Source: a virus. Taken from it: 26,875 bases of DNA. The stretch's first letter is position 1; each line of letters starts with the position of its first letter. The notes under the pieces were generated by a model. It was not told the origin of the DNA and did not search any database. It worked only from the letters and a program-made list of their open reading frames with translations. Both the position numbers and the translations under genes were made by a program. Shown here one piece after another: positions 7,884 to 15,861 of the stretch. Location of the stretch: IMG/VR virus record IMGVR_UViG_3300050821_002228. One strand, 5' to 3'.

Positions 7884-8933
7884 ATGGGTGGCCCGGACAA
7901 CCCGCCACCTGTTATTACCGCGTTCCCGCACGTCAAACCGTGGTCCAGTGTGACACGGAATGTGCGTCTTGGCCACAACCGCTCCACCGACACATGGGTT
8001 CAGGCGGTCAGCCAAACACTTCTCACCCCCTCCGAAACCGCTGTCCTGTCGGTGATCGCCAGCAACACCGAGCATCGGACGTGGGACGGGTTCCGCTGGT
8101 CCATCGATCATCTGCGCAAGTGGGCGGGTGTCAGCCGGGCCACGGTCGAGAAGGCGTTGCGGCGTCTGCGGGCGCTGCTGCTGATCCGTCAGGACGGGTC
8201 GATCAAGACCAACCATCAGGCAGATGACCAACGGCGTGATGTTGTCGTTTACCGGCTGGCCGGGATCCCGGACCACCCGTTGCCGGTCCATGTGGAACGT
8301 GCACGGGACCCGGAATCGGCTGTCTGGACCGACGACGATCAAAACGCTGTGACCTGCAAATTTACGTATACTCCAGAACAACACCCCGCGTCCCCCCGGA
8401 CACATCAAACCCCTGATACCTGTACTCCAGATCTCTCCCGTCCCGACGTAGTCGAAGATCGTTACGTAGGTCAACGCGCTGACGCGGAACGGGAAACGAT
8501 CATCCCCGCCGACATCACCACCCGCCTCACCCGCACCCAACGCCGCCGACTAGCCGCCATCGCCGCCGAAACCCTCACCCGCGACGGCATCAGCCCGGCC
8601 CGGCTGGCTGCCCGCGTCCGCCGCTGGTGGACCGCGACCGGCGGCCGGATCCGGTCCGCGTTCGGCTGGTGCTGGCATGCGATCGAGCGGCGTCACTACG
8701 GCTGCGCTGATCCCCGCTGCGAGGACGGCGACCTGTGGGACGGCGACCGGATCACCGGCCGCTGTGCCGGGTGTACCGAACGCCGCCGGGACCGCGCGGC
8801 CGTGGTGCGCGCCGGACAGGTCCCCACGGCGCCGTACACGGCCCCGTGGACCCCGGCGTGGGTGTCGGACCGCACGGACGCCCACCGGGCGCTGACGGCG
8901 TTCCTGGCGGCCCCTGTGGTGTACGCCACGTAA
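7884..8933 (+). CDS. HTH replication initiator (RepA / lambda-O-like); start uncertain
   Basis: Winged HTH LTPSETAVLSVIA...SIDHLRKWAGVSRATVEKALRRLRALLLI, a Pro/Thr linker, and C-terminal CADPRC...CAGC. Confidence 0.72.
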   Translation: MGGPDNPPPVITAFPHVKPWSSVTRNVRLGHNRSTDTWVQAVSQTLLTPSETAVLSVIASNTEHRTWDGFRWSIDHLRKWAGVSRATVEKALRRLRALLLIRQDGSIKTNHQADDQRRDVVVYRLAGIPDHPLPVHVERARDPESAVWTDDDQNAVTCKFTYTPEQHPASPRTHQTPDTCTPDLSRPDVVEDRYVGQRADAERETIIPADITTRLTRTQRRRLAAIAAETLTRDGISPARLAARVRRWWTATGGRIRSAFGWCWHAIERRHYGCADPRCEDGDLWDGDRITGRCAGCTERRRDRAAVVRAGQVPTAPYTAPWTPAWVSDRTDAHRALTAFLAAPVVYAT

Positions 8934-8966
8934 ACGATTGTCGTATTGTTCCGCCAGTACGATTCG

Positions 8967-8996
8967 TTGCCGCGTGAAACGGGTATCCGATACTCT
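8967..8996 (+). promoter_or_regulatory. candidate promoter TTGCCG-N18-TACTCT
   Basis: Intergenic, upstream of 9038. Confidence 0.4.
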
Positions 8997-9037
8997 AGGG
9001 ATCAAGTGGGGGAGACCACAGAAACACGGGATACCTC

Positions 9038-9466
9038 ATGACCGCTGAAACCATTACCACCGCCACAGGGATTTCCCCGGGAACCCAAGTCTGCAAGCGC
9101 TGCCAGAAGGAAAAACTCCTTACCGAGTTCCACTTCCAACGGGACCGCCCCAAGCCCGGACAGGCAGCCTCCGACGCCCCACGCATCCGCTATCGCCGCG
9201 AATGCAAGGAGTGCCACAAGGAGAACATGCGGCAGCGCCGGGTAGAGAAAGTCAAGTCCGGCGGCATTGAATACCTTGACAACGAGACAAGCCGTATCCG
9301 AGAGTTCTACCGTAATAATCCGGACCGGTTGGAAATGCGACGGGCAGCCGACCGCGCCAAATACGCGGCACTAGCCGAGTTGAAAGCGCGGCACATGAAT
9401 GAGTTCAACCAGCTCATTCAGTACTACCGCCGCCACGAAGGGATCCCCGATGACTACCCTCACTGA
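9038..9466 (+). CDS. Zn-finger protein (CxxC...CxxC)
   Basis: VCKRCQKEKLLTEF...RECKEC, resembling the N-terminal finger of many phage endonucleases but with no nuclease motif. Confidence 0.78.
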   Translation: MTAETITTATGISPGTQVCKRCQKEKLLTEFHFQRDRPKPGQAASDAPRIRYRRECKECHKENMRQRRVEKVKSGGIEYLDNETSRIREFYRNNPDRLEMRRAADRAKYAALAELKARHMNEFNQLIQYYRRHEGIPDDYPH

Positions 9467-9767
9467 GGAAGCGCGATGGGCTAACCTGCGCAACGACCTC
9501 GTGGCGCAGTTCGAGACGTGGTCCATTCCCGCAGCTGACTACCGCGCCGCCACCATCGTCCGCGAACTCCGCCGCAAGGGCTGGCGCACCCCCATCCCCG
9601 CATGGCAGCGGCTACCGCTGGCAGCCGATGACGACGTGATCCTGAAAGACAACGACGACGTCAACCGCTACGCCGACGACGTCCGGGCCCGCTCCCTCAG
9701 CCCCGAACGCATCCAGCAGCACATAGACGCCTGCCGCGCAGCCCTGCGCTCCGGACCAGGCGACTAG
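9450..9767 (+). CDS. hypothetical protein
   Basis: MTTLTEEARWANLRNDL...; GAAGGGA RBS; GC3-rich codons. Confidence 0.72.
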   Translation: MTTLTEEARWANLRNDLVAQFETWSIPAADYRAATIVRELRRKGWRTPIPAWQRLPLAADDDVILKDNDDVNRYADDVRARSLSPERIQQHIDACRAALRSGPGD

Positions 9768-9976
9768 TGGCCGCGCGACTGACCCCCGGCGAGTCCCGGG
9801 CGATTGGTCGCGCGGCCGGGTACCTGATCCGCATGCTCATCCACATGGGCATGTGGTGGACCCTGCTCATCGTCGGCGCCTGCACCGGATTCACATACGC
9901 CATATACACACTCCCCCGCTGGTGGCGTGTAGTCGAGGACGGCTGGGACGCGGTCATGGATTGGATGGAACGGTGA
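9767..9976 (+). CDS. small membrane protein
   Basis: Hydrophobic segment; coupled on both sides. Confidence 0.65.
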   Translation: MAARLTPGESRAIGRAAGYLIRMLIHMGMWWTLLIVGACTGFTYAIYTLPRWWRVVEDGWDAVMDWMER

Positions 9977-10443
9977 AACGCACCCCACTGACCCGTAAGA
10001 CACCGCTAGTAGCTAATCGCGGCATGTCGGAGGTCAGGTCGCTGAAACGCGGCCAGCCGACCAAACGGGCACCCCGCAACACCGGCCCCACGACCGCAGT
10101 CCGGAAAGGGGTCGTAGAACGGGCCCACGGCGTCTGTGAACGCTGCGGACAGGCCATCCGGGGTGACTACAGCATCCACCACCGGAAACCCCGTGGAATG
10201 GGTGGTACGACCGACCCGGCGGCGAACAGCCCCAGTAACCTAGTGCTGTTGTGCGGATCAGCGACCACCCCCGGCGGCTGCCACACGTCGGTGGAGAAGT
10301 TCCGGGACGCTGCCGTGGCAACCGGCTGGATCGTGCCCCGCAGCGGCAACCCGGCCACCGTGCCGATCAAACGCCACAACGGCTGGTTCATCCTCAACGC
10401 CGACTACACGATGACCCGAACTGTACGACCGGAGGAACAATGA
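9973..10443 (+). CDS. HNH endonuclease
   Basis: MKRTPLTRKTPL...CERCG...IHHRKPRGMGG...SPSNLVLLCGS...GCH...GWIV. Confidence 0.88.
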   Translation: MKRTPLTRKTPLVANRGMSEVRSLKRGQPTKRAPRNTGPTTAVRKGVVERAHGVCERCGQAIRGDYSIHHRKPRGMGGTTDPAANSPSNLVLLCGSATTPGGCHTSVEKFRDAAVATGWIVPRSGNPATVPIKRHNGWFILNADYTMTRTVRPEEQ

Positions 10444-10853
10444 CCGAACACTACGGACTCACCGACCGCGAGCATGCCCTGTACGCGCTGGCGGTGCTGC
10501 GTGCGTTCTCCGACGCCGACTGCCACGAGGGTGTGATCTGGCACGTCCGCGACGGCCGCGTGTTCTTCTCCGCGATGTGTTCCGACACGTTCGCGTGGGG
10601 CACCGCCGACGCCGAACCCATCGACCCGGCAGACATTCCCGCGCTGGATCAGTGCCTCAAAGACTTGGCCGACATCGGCAACGGTGTTCTGTACTTCCTG
10701 CCGGAACTGTTCGCGTCCCGGAAACGCGGGACCCGGCCGATGAACCGCTGGATGACGAAGATCATCGGCGATGACAAGCCGGAAGACGCAGCGGTCCGCG
10801 CCCTGTTCGAGGCTGCCGGGCCGCCCCGGGAATCCGTTTTCGGCGCCCCGTAG
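10440..10853 (+). CDS. phage hypothetical protein
   Basis: CCGGAGGAACA-ATG; CSDTFAWGTADAEPI motif. Confidence 0.8.
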   Translation: MTEHYGLTDREHALYALAVLRAFSDADCHEGVIWHVRDGRVFFSAMCSDTFAWGTADAEPIDPADIPALDQCLKDLADIGNGVLYFLPELFASRKRGTRPMNRWMTKIIGDDKPEDAAVRALFEAAGPPRESVFGAP

Positions 10854-10888
10854 AATCACAACCCCTGTCCCAACTGAAAGGCACACAA

Positions 10889-11236
10889 ATGGCCCACCGG
10901 CACAGCGTCACCATCCTCGACGACCTCGACGGCAGCGAGGGCGCGTCCAGCATCCGCTTTGGCCTCGACGACCGCTGGTATTCCGTTGACCTGTCCCCGG
11001 AGAACGAGAAAGAGTTCCGGGAACTGCTGCGGAAGTACGTGGACGCGGCCGTGGACGGCCCCGAAACGCCGGGCCCGCTGTCGCCGGGGGTGCGGGTGGC
11101 CCGCAACACCCACGACGTCCGGAAGTGGCTGTGGGCCAACAACATCCAGATCGGCAGCCGGGGCCGTATCCCCAACGTGTACCTGGACATGTACGACCGG
11201 CGGCAGGTGGACGAGGCGTACGTCGGCAAGGTGTAG
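10889..11236 (+). CDS. lsr2: Lsr2-like nucleoid-associated protein
   Basis: DDLDG...IRFGLD..YSVDLS.EN dimerisation domain and VRKW...IGSRGRIP AT-hook domain. Confidence 0.93.
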   Translation: MAHRHSVTILDDLDGSEGASSIRFGLDDRWYSVDLSPENEKEFRELLRKYVDAAVDGPETPGPLSPGVRVARNTHDVRKWLWANNIQIGSRGRIPNVYLDMYDRRQVDEAYVGKV

Positions 11237-11245
11237 AAGACACAG

Positions 11246-11275
11246 CGAACCCCCGGCATCGTCGCCGGGGGTTCG
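11246..11275. terminator. terminator between convergent blocks
   Basis: CGAACCCCCGGC-N6-GCCGGGGGTTCG. Confidence 0.75.
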
Positions 11276-11302
11276 TGTCGTTAGCAGCGGATGCCGGGCA
11301 GC

Positions 11303-11707
11303 CTACGCCCAAGCCTTCACCGCCGCCGGGAACTCCGCCGCCAGGTTGTACACCTGGTCCCCGGCCGGGCCCCCGACCTCGTAAAACACCTTCTCGATTG
11401 CCCGATCCGGCGAGTACGTCAACTTGTAGATACGGCATTTCTCCGGCTGCCGGTCGGCCGACAGGTACCGGGAGTGAACGAACACCGCGTCCAGCCGCAC
11501 CCGGTCCCACGGGAACGACTCCGATTCGCGCTGCTGCTGCAACCCGACGCGCAGGTTCCCGATCTCGTCCCGGACCGACCCGATGTCGTCGCGGCCAGCC
11601 AGCAGGTACCGGAACTCGTCCAGGGAACGCCGCTGCAAATCCCGAATAGCCTCGTCGATCAGGTCATAGGCGGCTTCCCGCGCCGACCCCTCACCCCACG
11701 CGCTCAT
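11303..11707 (-). CDS. hypothetical protein
   Basis: 134-aa ORF with natural composition that ends at the terminator. Confidence 0.65.
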   Translation of the reverse strand: MSAWGEGSAREAAYDLIDEAIRDLQRRSLDEFRYLLAGRDDIGSVRDEIGNLRVGLQQQRESESFPWDRVRLDAVFVHSRYLSADRQPEKCRIYKLTYSPDRAIEKVFYEVGGPAGDQVYNLAAEFPAAVKAWA

Positions 11708-11755
11708 GGATACACCCCACCGTCCTCGCGTCGATGTTGATCCCGTCCACGGCCG

Positions 11756-12223
11756 TCACCCCACCGGCTGCGGCGACGTCGCCCCGATGGGGTCACCGCC
11801 CCTGTAGAACGATGCTGTGCACGCTACCGACGCGACCCCTGACACGTTGACGTCCGCCGACGGACGGACCGTCACAGCGTCGCCTGCGGCCATGTCGGGG
11901 ATGTCGGTGACACGGGTCCACGCGACCGGCGCGCCGTCGCTGATGAACTGCACCTGAACGCCGTAGCCATTGGCCTGGTCACGGTTGGTGTTGTGGAACG
12001 TCATGGTTGCCGTCCACAGGGTTCCGGACTTGCCAGGTGCGGCCGTGCAGTCCGTCAGCGTGTACTTGATTCCGTGGCCCTGGTGCAACAGTTTCGTGTG
12101 GTCCGCGTGGACGGCGCACATGATCCCGGCGTACACGCCCCACGCCGCCAACGGCAACCCGACGACCGTTCCCACCGCGATCCACGCGGCCGGACGGTTC
12201 ATGATCTGGATTTCGGCAGTCAC
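11756..12223 (-). CDS. membrane-anchored extracellular beta-rich protein
   Basis: N-terminal TM helix, then a beta-strand-like domain with paired Cys; GGAGG RBS. Confidence 0.75.
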   Translation of the reverse strand: MTAEIQIMNRPAAWIAVGTVVGLPLAAWGVYAGIMCAVHADHTKLLHQGHGIKYTLTDCTAAPGKSGTLWTATMTFHNTNRDQANGYGVQVQFISDGAPVAWTRVTDIPDMAAGDAVTVRPSADVNVSGVASVACTASFYRGGDPIGATSPQPVG

Positions 12224-12480
12224 TTATCCTCCTCCCCTGCGACGACGATCTTCACGGTGTCGATGTCGATGGTGTGGGGGAACGTCAGACGGCCAGCGAT
12301 GCCGTTCAACCAGTGGTCGTAATGCCGGTGGACGATGGAGCGGATGTCACCCCGGTTCACGGACCAGTCCCAGCACGCGCCCAGCACCGTCAACACGGTG
12401 AGGATCAGTTCCTTGCTGTCACGCGCCTTCAGCTCGACCGGTTCCTTAAACGGCGGCGACGTAACGGTGATGCTGTACAC
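12220..12480 (-). CDS. hypothetical protein (86 aa)
   Basis: CCGGAGGAAGCT-GTG; MYSITVTSPPFKEP... Confidence 0.72.
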   Translation of the reverse strand: MYSITVTSPPFKEPVELKARDSKELILTVLTVLGACWDWSVNRGDIRSIVHRHYDHWLNGIAGRLTFPHTIDIDTVKIVVAGEEDK

Positions 12481-12533
12481 AGCTTCCTCCGGATAGTGGG
12501 CCGCCCCGGGTGCGACCGGGGCGGCGTGCGGTG

Positions 12534-12656
12534 TTACTTCTTGCTGCCGATCAGGACACCCAACACCTTGATCACAGCGGCGCCGACGGGGGCCGCGATA
12601 GCGCCGCGCACAGCACCCCCGGCAATACCGATCGGCTTCTTCTCCTTCTTGCCCAT
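12534..12656 (-). CDS. small basic/hydrophobic peptide (40 aa)
   Basis: AGGAGGG RBS; MGKKEKKPIGIAGGAVRGAIAAPVGAAVIKVLGVLIGSKK; flanked by hairpins at 12500-12525 and 12694-12718. Confidence 0.65.
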   Translation of the reverse strand: MGKKEKKPIGIAGGAVRGAIAAPVGAAVIKVLGVLIGSKK

Positions 12657-12731
12657 GCCATTCCCTCCTGCCGGGTCTTTCCCGGTCCCCACAGCCCCCG
12701 GAACAGCGTCCCGGGGGCCACGGGCACCCGG

Positions 12732-13088
12732 CTACGCGTACAGGGCGGCGATGGACGTGGCGCGGTCCACGAGGCCCCGGATGACGGCCGTGAACGCCTC
12801 CGTCGGCTCCGGGTGGGTCCGCGTCGGCTCGGCGCCGACGACGACCTCCATCCACACCGACTCGGGCGCCACGAAGTTGATGTCCGTCATCTTCGCGGTG
12901 TCGTCGTCGATGAACGTGGCCATGGCGTGGGACGCGTACTCGTCGTTCCGGTTGTACCGAACCGACACCTGCAACAGCACGCCGTCCTTGGGGTGGCCGT
13001 TGTCCTCGACGATCCACCAGTACTGGTCGATCATGTACGACCCGTACGCGTTGAACCCGTACACGTTGTCGATCAGGTCTGCCTTCAT
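12732..13088 (-). CDS. hypothetical protein (118 aa)
   Basis: CGGAGGAAAC-ATG; MKADLIDNVYGF... Confidence 0.78.
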   Translation of the reverse strand: MKADLIDNVYGFNAYGSYMIDQYWWIVEDNGHPKDGVLLQVSVRYNRNDEYASHAMATFIDDDTAKMTDINFVAPESVWMEVVVGAEPTRTHPEPTEAFTAVIRGLVDRATSIAALYA

Positions 13089-13108
13089 GTTTCCTCCGTA
13101 GTCCCGGG

Positions 13109-13417
13109 TCACAGCCCGGCGTCGGTTTCCATTTTCTTGAGTTGCGCGGCCAGCCGGTCCCGTTCGGCCTCGATCTCCTTCGGGGTTTTCGGCGGGTTGA
13201 CGAACATCCCGCAGAGGACCAGCGCGACGGGCCACACCAGGAACGACAACAGGGTTGCCACCCCGACGATCCAGAACGCGTCGTCGTCAGCCTCGACCCA
13301 GTTCAGGCCGAAGTCACGGATGGCCATGGCACGCAGGCGGCCGTACACGTAGCGGCCGGTCAACGTGCCCATGATTACGTCCGCGACGACCGCCGACGCG
13401 ATGATGGCAGCTTCCAC
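13109..13417 (-). CDS. two-TM membrane protein (start uncertain)
   Basis: Two hydrophobic segments, LVWPVAL motif, charged C-terminal tail. Confidence 0.7.
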   Translation of the reverse strand: MEAAIIASAVVADVIMGTLTGRYVYGRLRAMAIRDFGLNWVEADDDAFWIVGVATLLSFLVWPVALVLCGMFVNPPKTPKEIEAERDRLAAQLKKMETDAGL

Positions 13418-13424
13418 GGGCGTT

Positions 13425-13550
13425 CTACTCGTCGCCCTTGGTAGCCAGCCGCCAATACGCGTAGGCACCGAAACCGATCACGGACCCGATGAACGCGGAC
13501 ACGCCGACCACGCAGGCGTCCACGTACCACGTCCATAGGCGATGGATCAT
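13425..13550 (-). CDS. small membrane protein (41 aa)
   Basis: GAAGGGAG RBS; MIHRLWTWYVDACVVGVSAFIGSVIGFGAYAYWRLATKGDE. Confidence 0.65.
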   Translation of the reverse strand: MIHRLWTWYVDACVVGVSAFIGSVIGFGAYAYWRLATKGDE

Positions 13551-13639
13551 GTGTGCTCCCTTCTGTTGGGGTTCGGTAGCCGGTTGACCACCTACGGGGG
13601 GCCCCGGGACCCGCAGGTCCCGGCTCCCGCCGGGGGTGT

Positions 13640-13756
13640 TCAGTCGCCCCAGAAAAGCAACACGATGATGAATGCGATGATGATGTACAGGACGAACAGC
13701 GCCCCGATTACGGCGAGGACCCACACCGGTGTCATCCACGTCAGGTGGATGATCAC
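13640..13756 (-). CDS. small membrane protein (38 aa)
   Basis: Almost entirely hydrophobic; GTGA overlap. Confidence 0.6.
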   Translation of the reverse strand: MIIHLTWMTPVWVLAVIGALFVLYIIIAFIIVLLFWGD

Positions 13757-14070
13757 CGGTCGGTCCACTTCGGCCACAGCGCGGCGATCTCCGCCACGGC
13801 GGTGTTGCGGGTAGCGGCCTTGTACTCGTCGCGGTCCACCGTCGTGAACTGCTCGTCGTACATGTCGTAGCCGCCGTGGTCGAGGCTGAACAGGAGGTCC
13901 AGGCGGTCCAGCGCGCGGGCCGCGTTGTGGTCGTAGATGGCGCGGACATATGACGTCCACACCTTGTCCCGCATCCTGCGGTGTTCGGTGCTGAGCGCCC
14001 ACGTGGGCGGGTTCAACACGGCGTCGGTGGTGATGGACAGGTTGGGGTCCCGGGCCGGTCGTGCGGTCAT
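13753..14070 (-). CDS. hypothetical protein
   Basis: GAAAGGA RBS; 105 aa. Confidence 0.75.
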   Translation of the reverse strand: MTARPARDPNLSITTDAVLNPPTWALSTEHRRMRDKVWTSYVRAIYDHNAARALDRLDLLFSLDHGGYDMYDEQFTTVDRDEYKAATRNTAVAEIAALWPKWTDR

Positions 14071-14111
14071 GGTCGTGGTTCCTTTCCGGTTGGGGTGTCC
14101 GTGATCGGACT

Positions 14112-14145
14112 TAGGGCGTCCCGGCCCCGTTTCCGGGACGCCCTA
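14112..14145 (-). terminator. intergenic GC hairpin
   Basis: TAGGGCGTCCCGG-N8-CCGGGACGCCCTA, 13-bp perfect arms. Confidence 0.65.
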
Positions 14146-14152
14146 GGCTCGG

Positions 14153-14821
14153 TCAGAACTCGCCGTCGTTCATCTCCGCCATGTACGCGGCCCGCTCCTG
14201 CTCGGCCTCACGCCGGGCGAACGCGATCTTCCACGCCGCGTCCTCGGCGCCGTCACCGAAGTACTTCTTCAGGCACACCGGGCCGATGCCCAGCGTCCGC
14301 GACGTCTCATCGGTCAGGCCCCGGTGGCAGACGCTGCACACGCCCTTCTCGTGGCCGTAGCGGACCGCAGCCTCCAGCGGGTTCCGGGCGATACCTGCCA
14401 GGATCTGCCGGGACTCGGCGCGGTCCACCCGCAGCTCGTTGTCGCCGCTGATCCGCTTGACGAACGTGTATCCGGCCCAGCGGCCCTCGGTCGGCCGGTC
14501 CACCTTGAAGAAGTAGGTCTTGCCGTCGTTGCTGTTCACCAGCGCGTAGTGACCGGCGGGGACGTCGGGGGTGGCGGCGGGGCGGACGATGCGGGCGGTG
14601 TCGGTGCCGGTGCGCTGCTTCTTGACCAGTTCGATGGTGGCGCTGATGAGGTCGCTGACCACGCGGCGGCTGGTCTGCTGGTCCTGTTCGGCGATTCCGG
14701 CCCAGATCTTCTTGATGAAGTCGGCCTTGTCCTCCGGCTTGTGCCAGCCCATCTGGACGGCGAGGTTGAAGAGGGTGTTGATCTGCTTGTCCGTGGCGGG
14801 GGTGTAGTCGGTGGTGGTCAT
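14153..14821 (-). CDS. DUF6011-domain protein
   Basis: CSVCHRGLTDETSRTLGIGPVC motif; ATDKQI N-terminal module; CCGGAGGA RBS. Confidence 0.85.
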   Translation of the reverse strand: MTTTDYTPATDKQINTLFNLAVQMGWHKPEDKADFIKKIWAGIAEQDQQTSRRVVSDLISATIELVKKQRTGTDTARIVRPAATPDVPAGHYALVNSNDGKTYFFKVDRPTEGRWAGYTFVKRISGDNELRVDRAESRQILAGIARNPLEAAVRYGHEKGVCSVCHRGLTDETSRTLGIGPVCLKKYFGDGAEDAAWKIAFARREAEQERAAYMAEMNDGEF

Positions 14822-14856
14822 GGTGTCCTCCGGTTCGTCGCGGTTCCGATAGGAAC

Positions 14857-14895
14857 ATCGTAAGCCCATACCCTAAACGGTGTCTAGGGTATGGG
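14857..14895 (-). promoter_or_regulatory. promoter TAGACA-N18-TACGAT embedded in a 31-bp palindrome
   Basis: CCCATACCCTAAAC-GGT-GTCTAGGGTATGGG (14865-14895); -10 at 14857-14862. Confidence 0.75.
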
Positions 14896-14915
14896 GACGG
14901 TCCGACCAACATTCC

Positions 14916-15209
14916 CTACGGCAACGCCAGCTCATCCGTCAGCCGTTTCACCATGGCCTCCGACGGATACAACGCCCGGATGACCGCCGCCGACGTCGGC
15001 ATGAAGTCACCGGCCATCAACGACCCAACCACGAACCGCACCGCCTCCAACGTCGCCTCAGCACGCTCCGCCCGGTCCGTCAGCCCCTCGATGATCTGGT
15101 TGGTGGTCCACTGCACGTCACGCGCCGACTGCTCGTACAGCTTGGCCATGAAGATCCCGAAGTCCTTGCGGATCGTGATGGTCTCGCCGCCGTCGGCGTC
15201 CCCGCTCAT
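14916..15209 (-). CDS. hypothetical protein (97 aa)
   Basis: ATGA overlap; LTDRAERAEATL coiled-coil motif. Confidence 0.72.
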   Translation of the reverse strand: MSGDADGGETITIRKDFGIFMAKLYEQSARDVQWTTNQIIEGLTDRAERAEATLEAVRFVVGSLMAGDFMPTSAAVIRALYPSEAMVKRLTDELALP

Positions 15210-15649
15210 CCGTTCGGCCACGGGGCGTCGTTGACGATGGCCATGACCATCGCCTCCAGATCCTCCATGGTGTTGCTGGAGTTGAACATGTCGTTCGCCT
15301 GCCACGACGTAATCCCGAACAGCGCCGCCGCCGCGTACTCGATACCGACCGCGTTCACAGCCTTGCCGTTGTTGCCGCTGGTCTCGAACGTGTGGTCGAT
15401 CACCATCGCCTCCCGGCGGATGGCCTCCGGCAGCGACGACACCACGACGTCGTCCGCGATGATGCTCTGTTGCGCCGTCAGGTTGTAGATGAGGTCACCC
15501 CCGGCGAGGAGAACCCCGTGCCCGGCGATGCAGGCCGTAGTCCGGCACACGCTCTTCCGCCCCCACGTCCGCTGGTCCCACATCGACGGGTTGGCCTTGA
15601 TCAGGTAGAACGTGCCGAGCAGGTGCCACTTCTTCTGTTGCGCGTCCAT
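15206..15649 (-). CDS. phage hypothetical protein
   Basis: CCGGAGGAAACAC-ATG; WDQRTW...CRTTACIAGH motif. Confidence 0.8.
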   Translation of the reverse strand: MDAQQKKWHLLGTFYLIKANPSMWDQRTWGRKSVCRTTACIAGHGVLLAGGDLIYNLTAQQSIIADDVVVSSLPEAIRREAMVIDHTFETSGNNGKAVNAVGIEYAAAALFGITSWQANDMFNSSNTMEDLEAMVMAIVNDAPWPNG

Positions 15650-15676
15650 GTGTTTCCTCCGGTCGTTGATGTGTGG

Positions 15677-15759
15677 GACACGCGCGGCAGCCACCTACGC
15701 TGCTGGAACAGCGGAACCCGTGGGACAAGCAGAACCCCGGGATCACTGCCGCGCGTGCC
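15677..15759 (-). ncRNA. unassigned structured RNA (three-way junction)
   Basis: A 14-bp closing helix GGCACGCGCGGCAG/CTGCCGCGCGTGTC (one G-U) encloses two hairpins. Confidence 0.5.
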
Positions 15760-15760
15760 G

Positions 15761-15833
15761 TGCCCCCAGCCGGATTCGAACCGGCATCTCGACGGTTTTA
15801 AGCCGTCAGCCTCTACCGTTGGGCTATGGGGGC
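15761..15833 (-). tRNA. tRNA-Leu(UAA), short variable loop, CCA not encoded
   Basis: GCCCCCA/TGGGGGC-A acceptor, GACGG-CTTAAAA-CCGTC anticodon arm, GCCGG-TTCGAAT-CCGGC T arm. Confidence 0.9.
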
Positions 15834-15861
15834 CCTACCCCGGCCGTAGCCGGGGGCTGTG

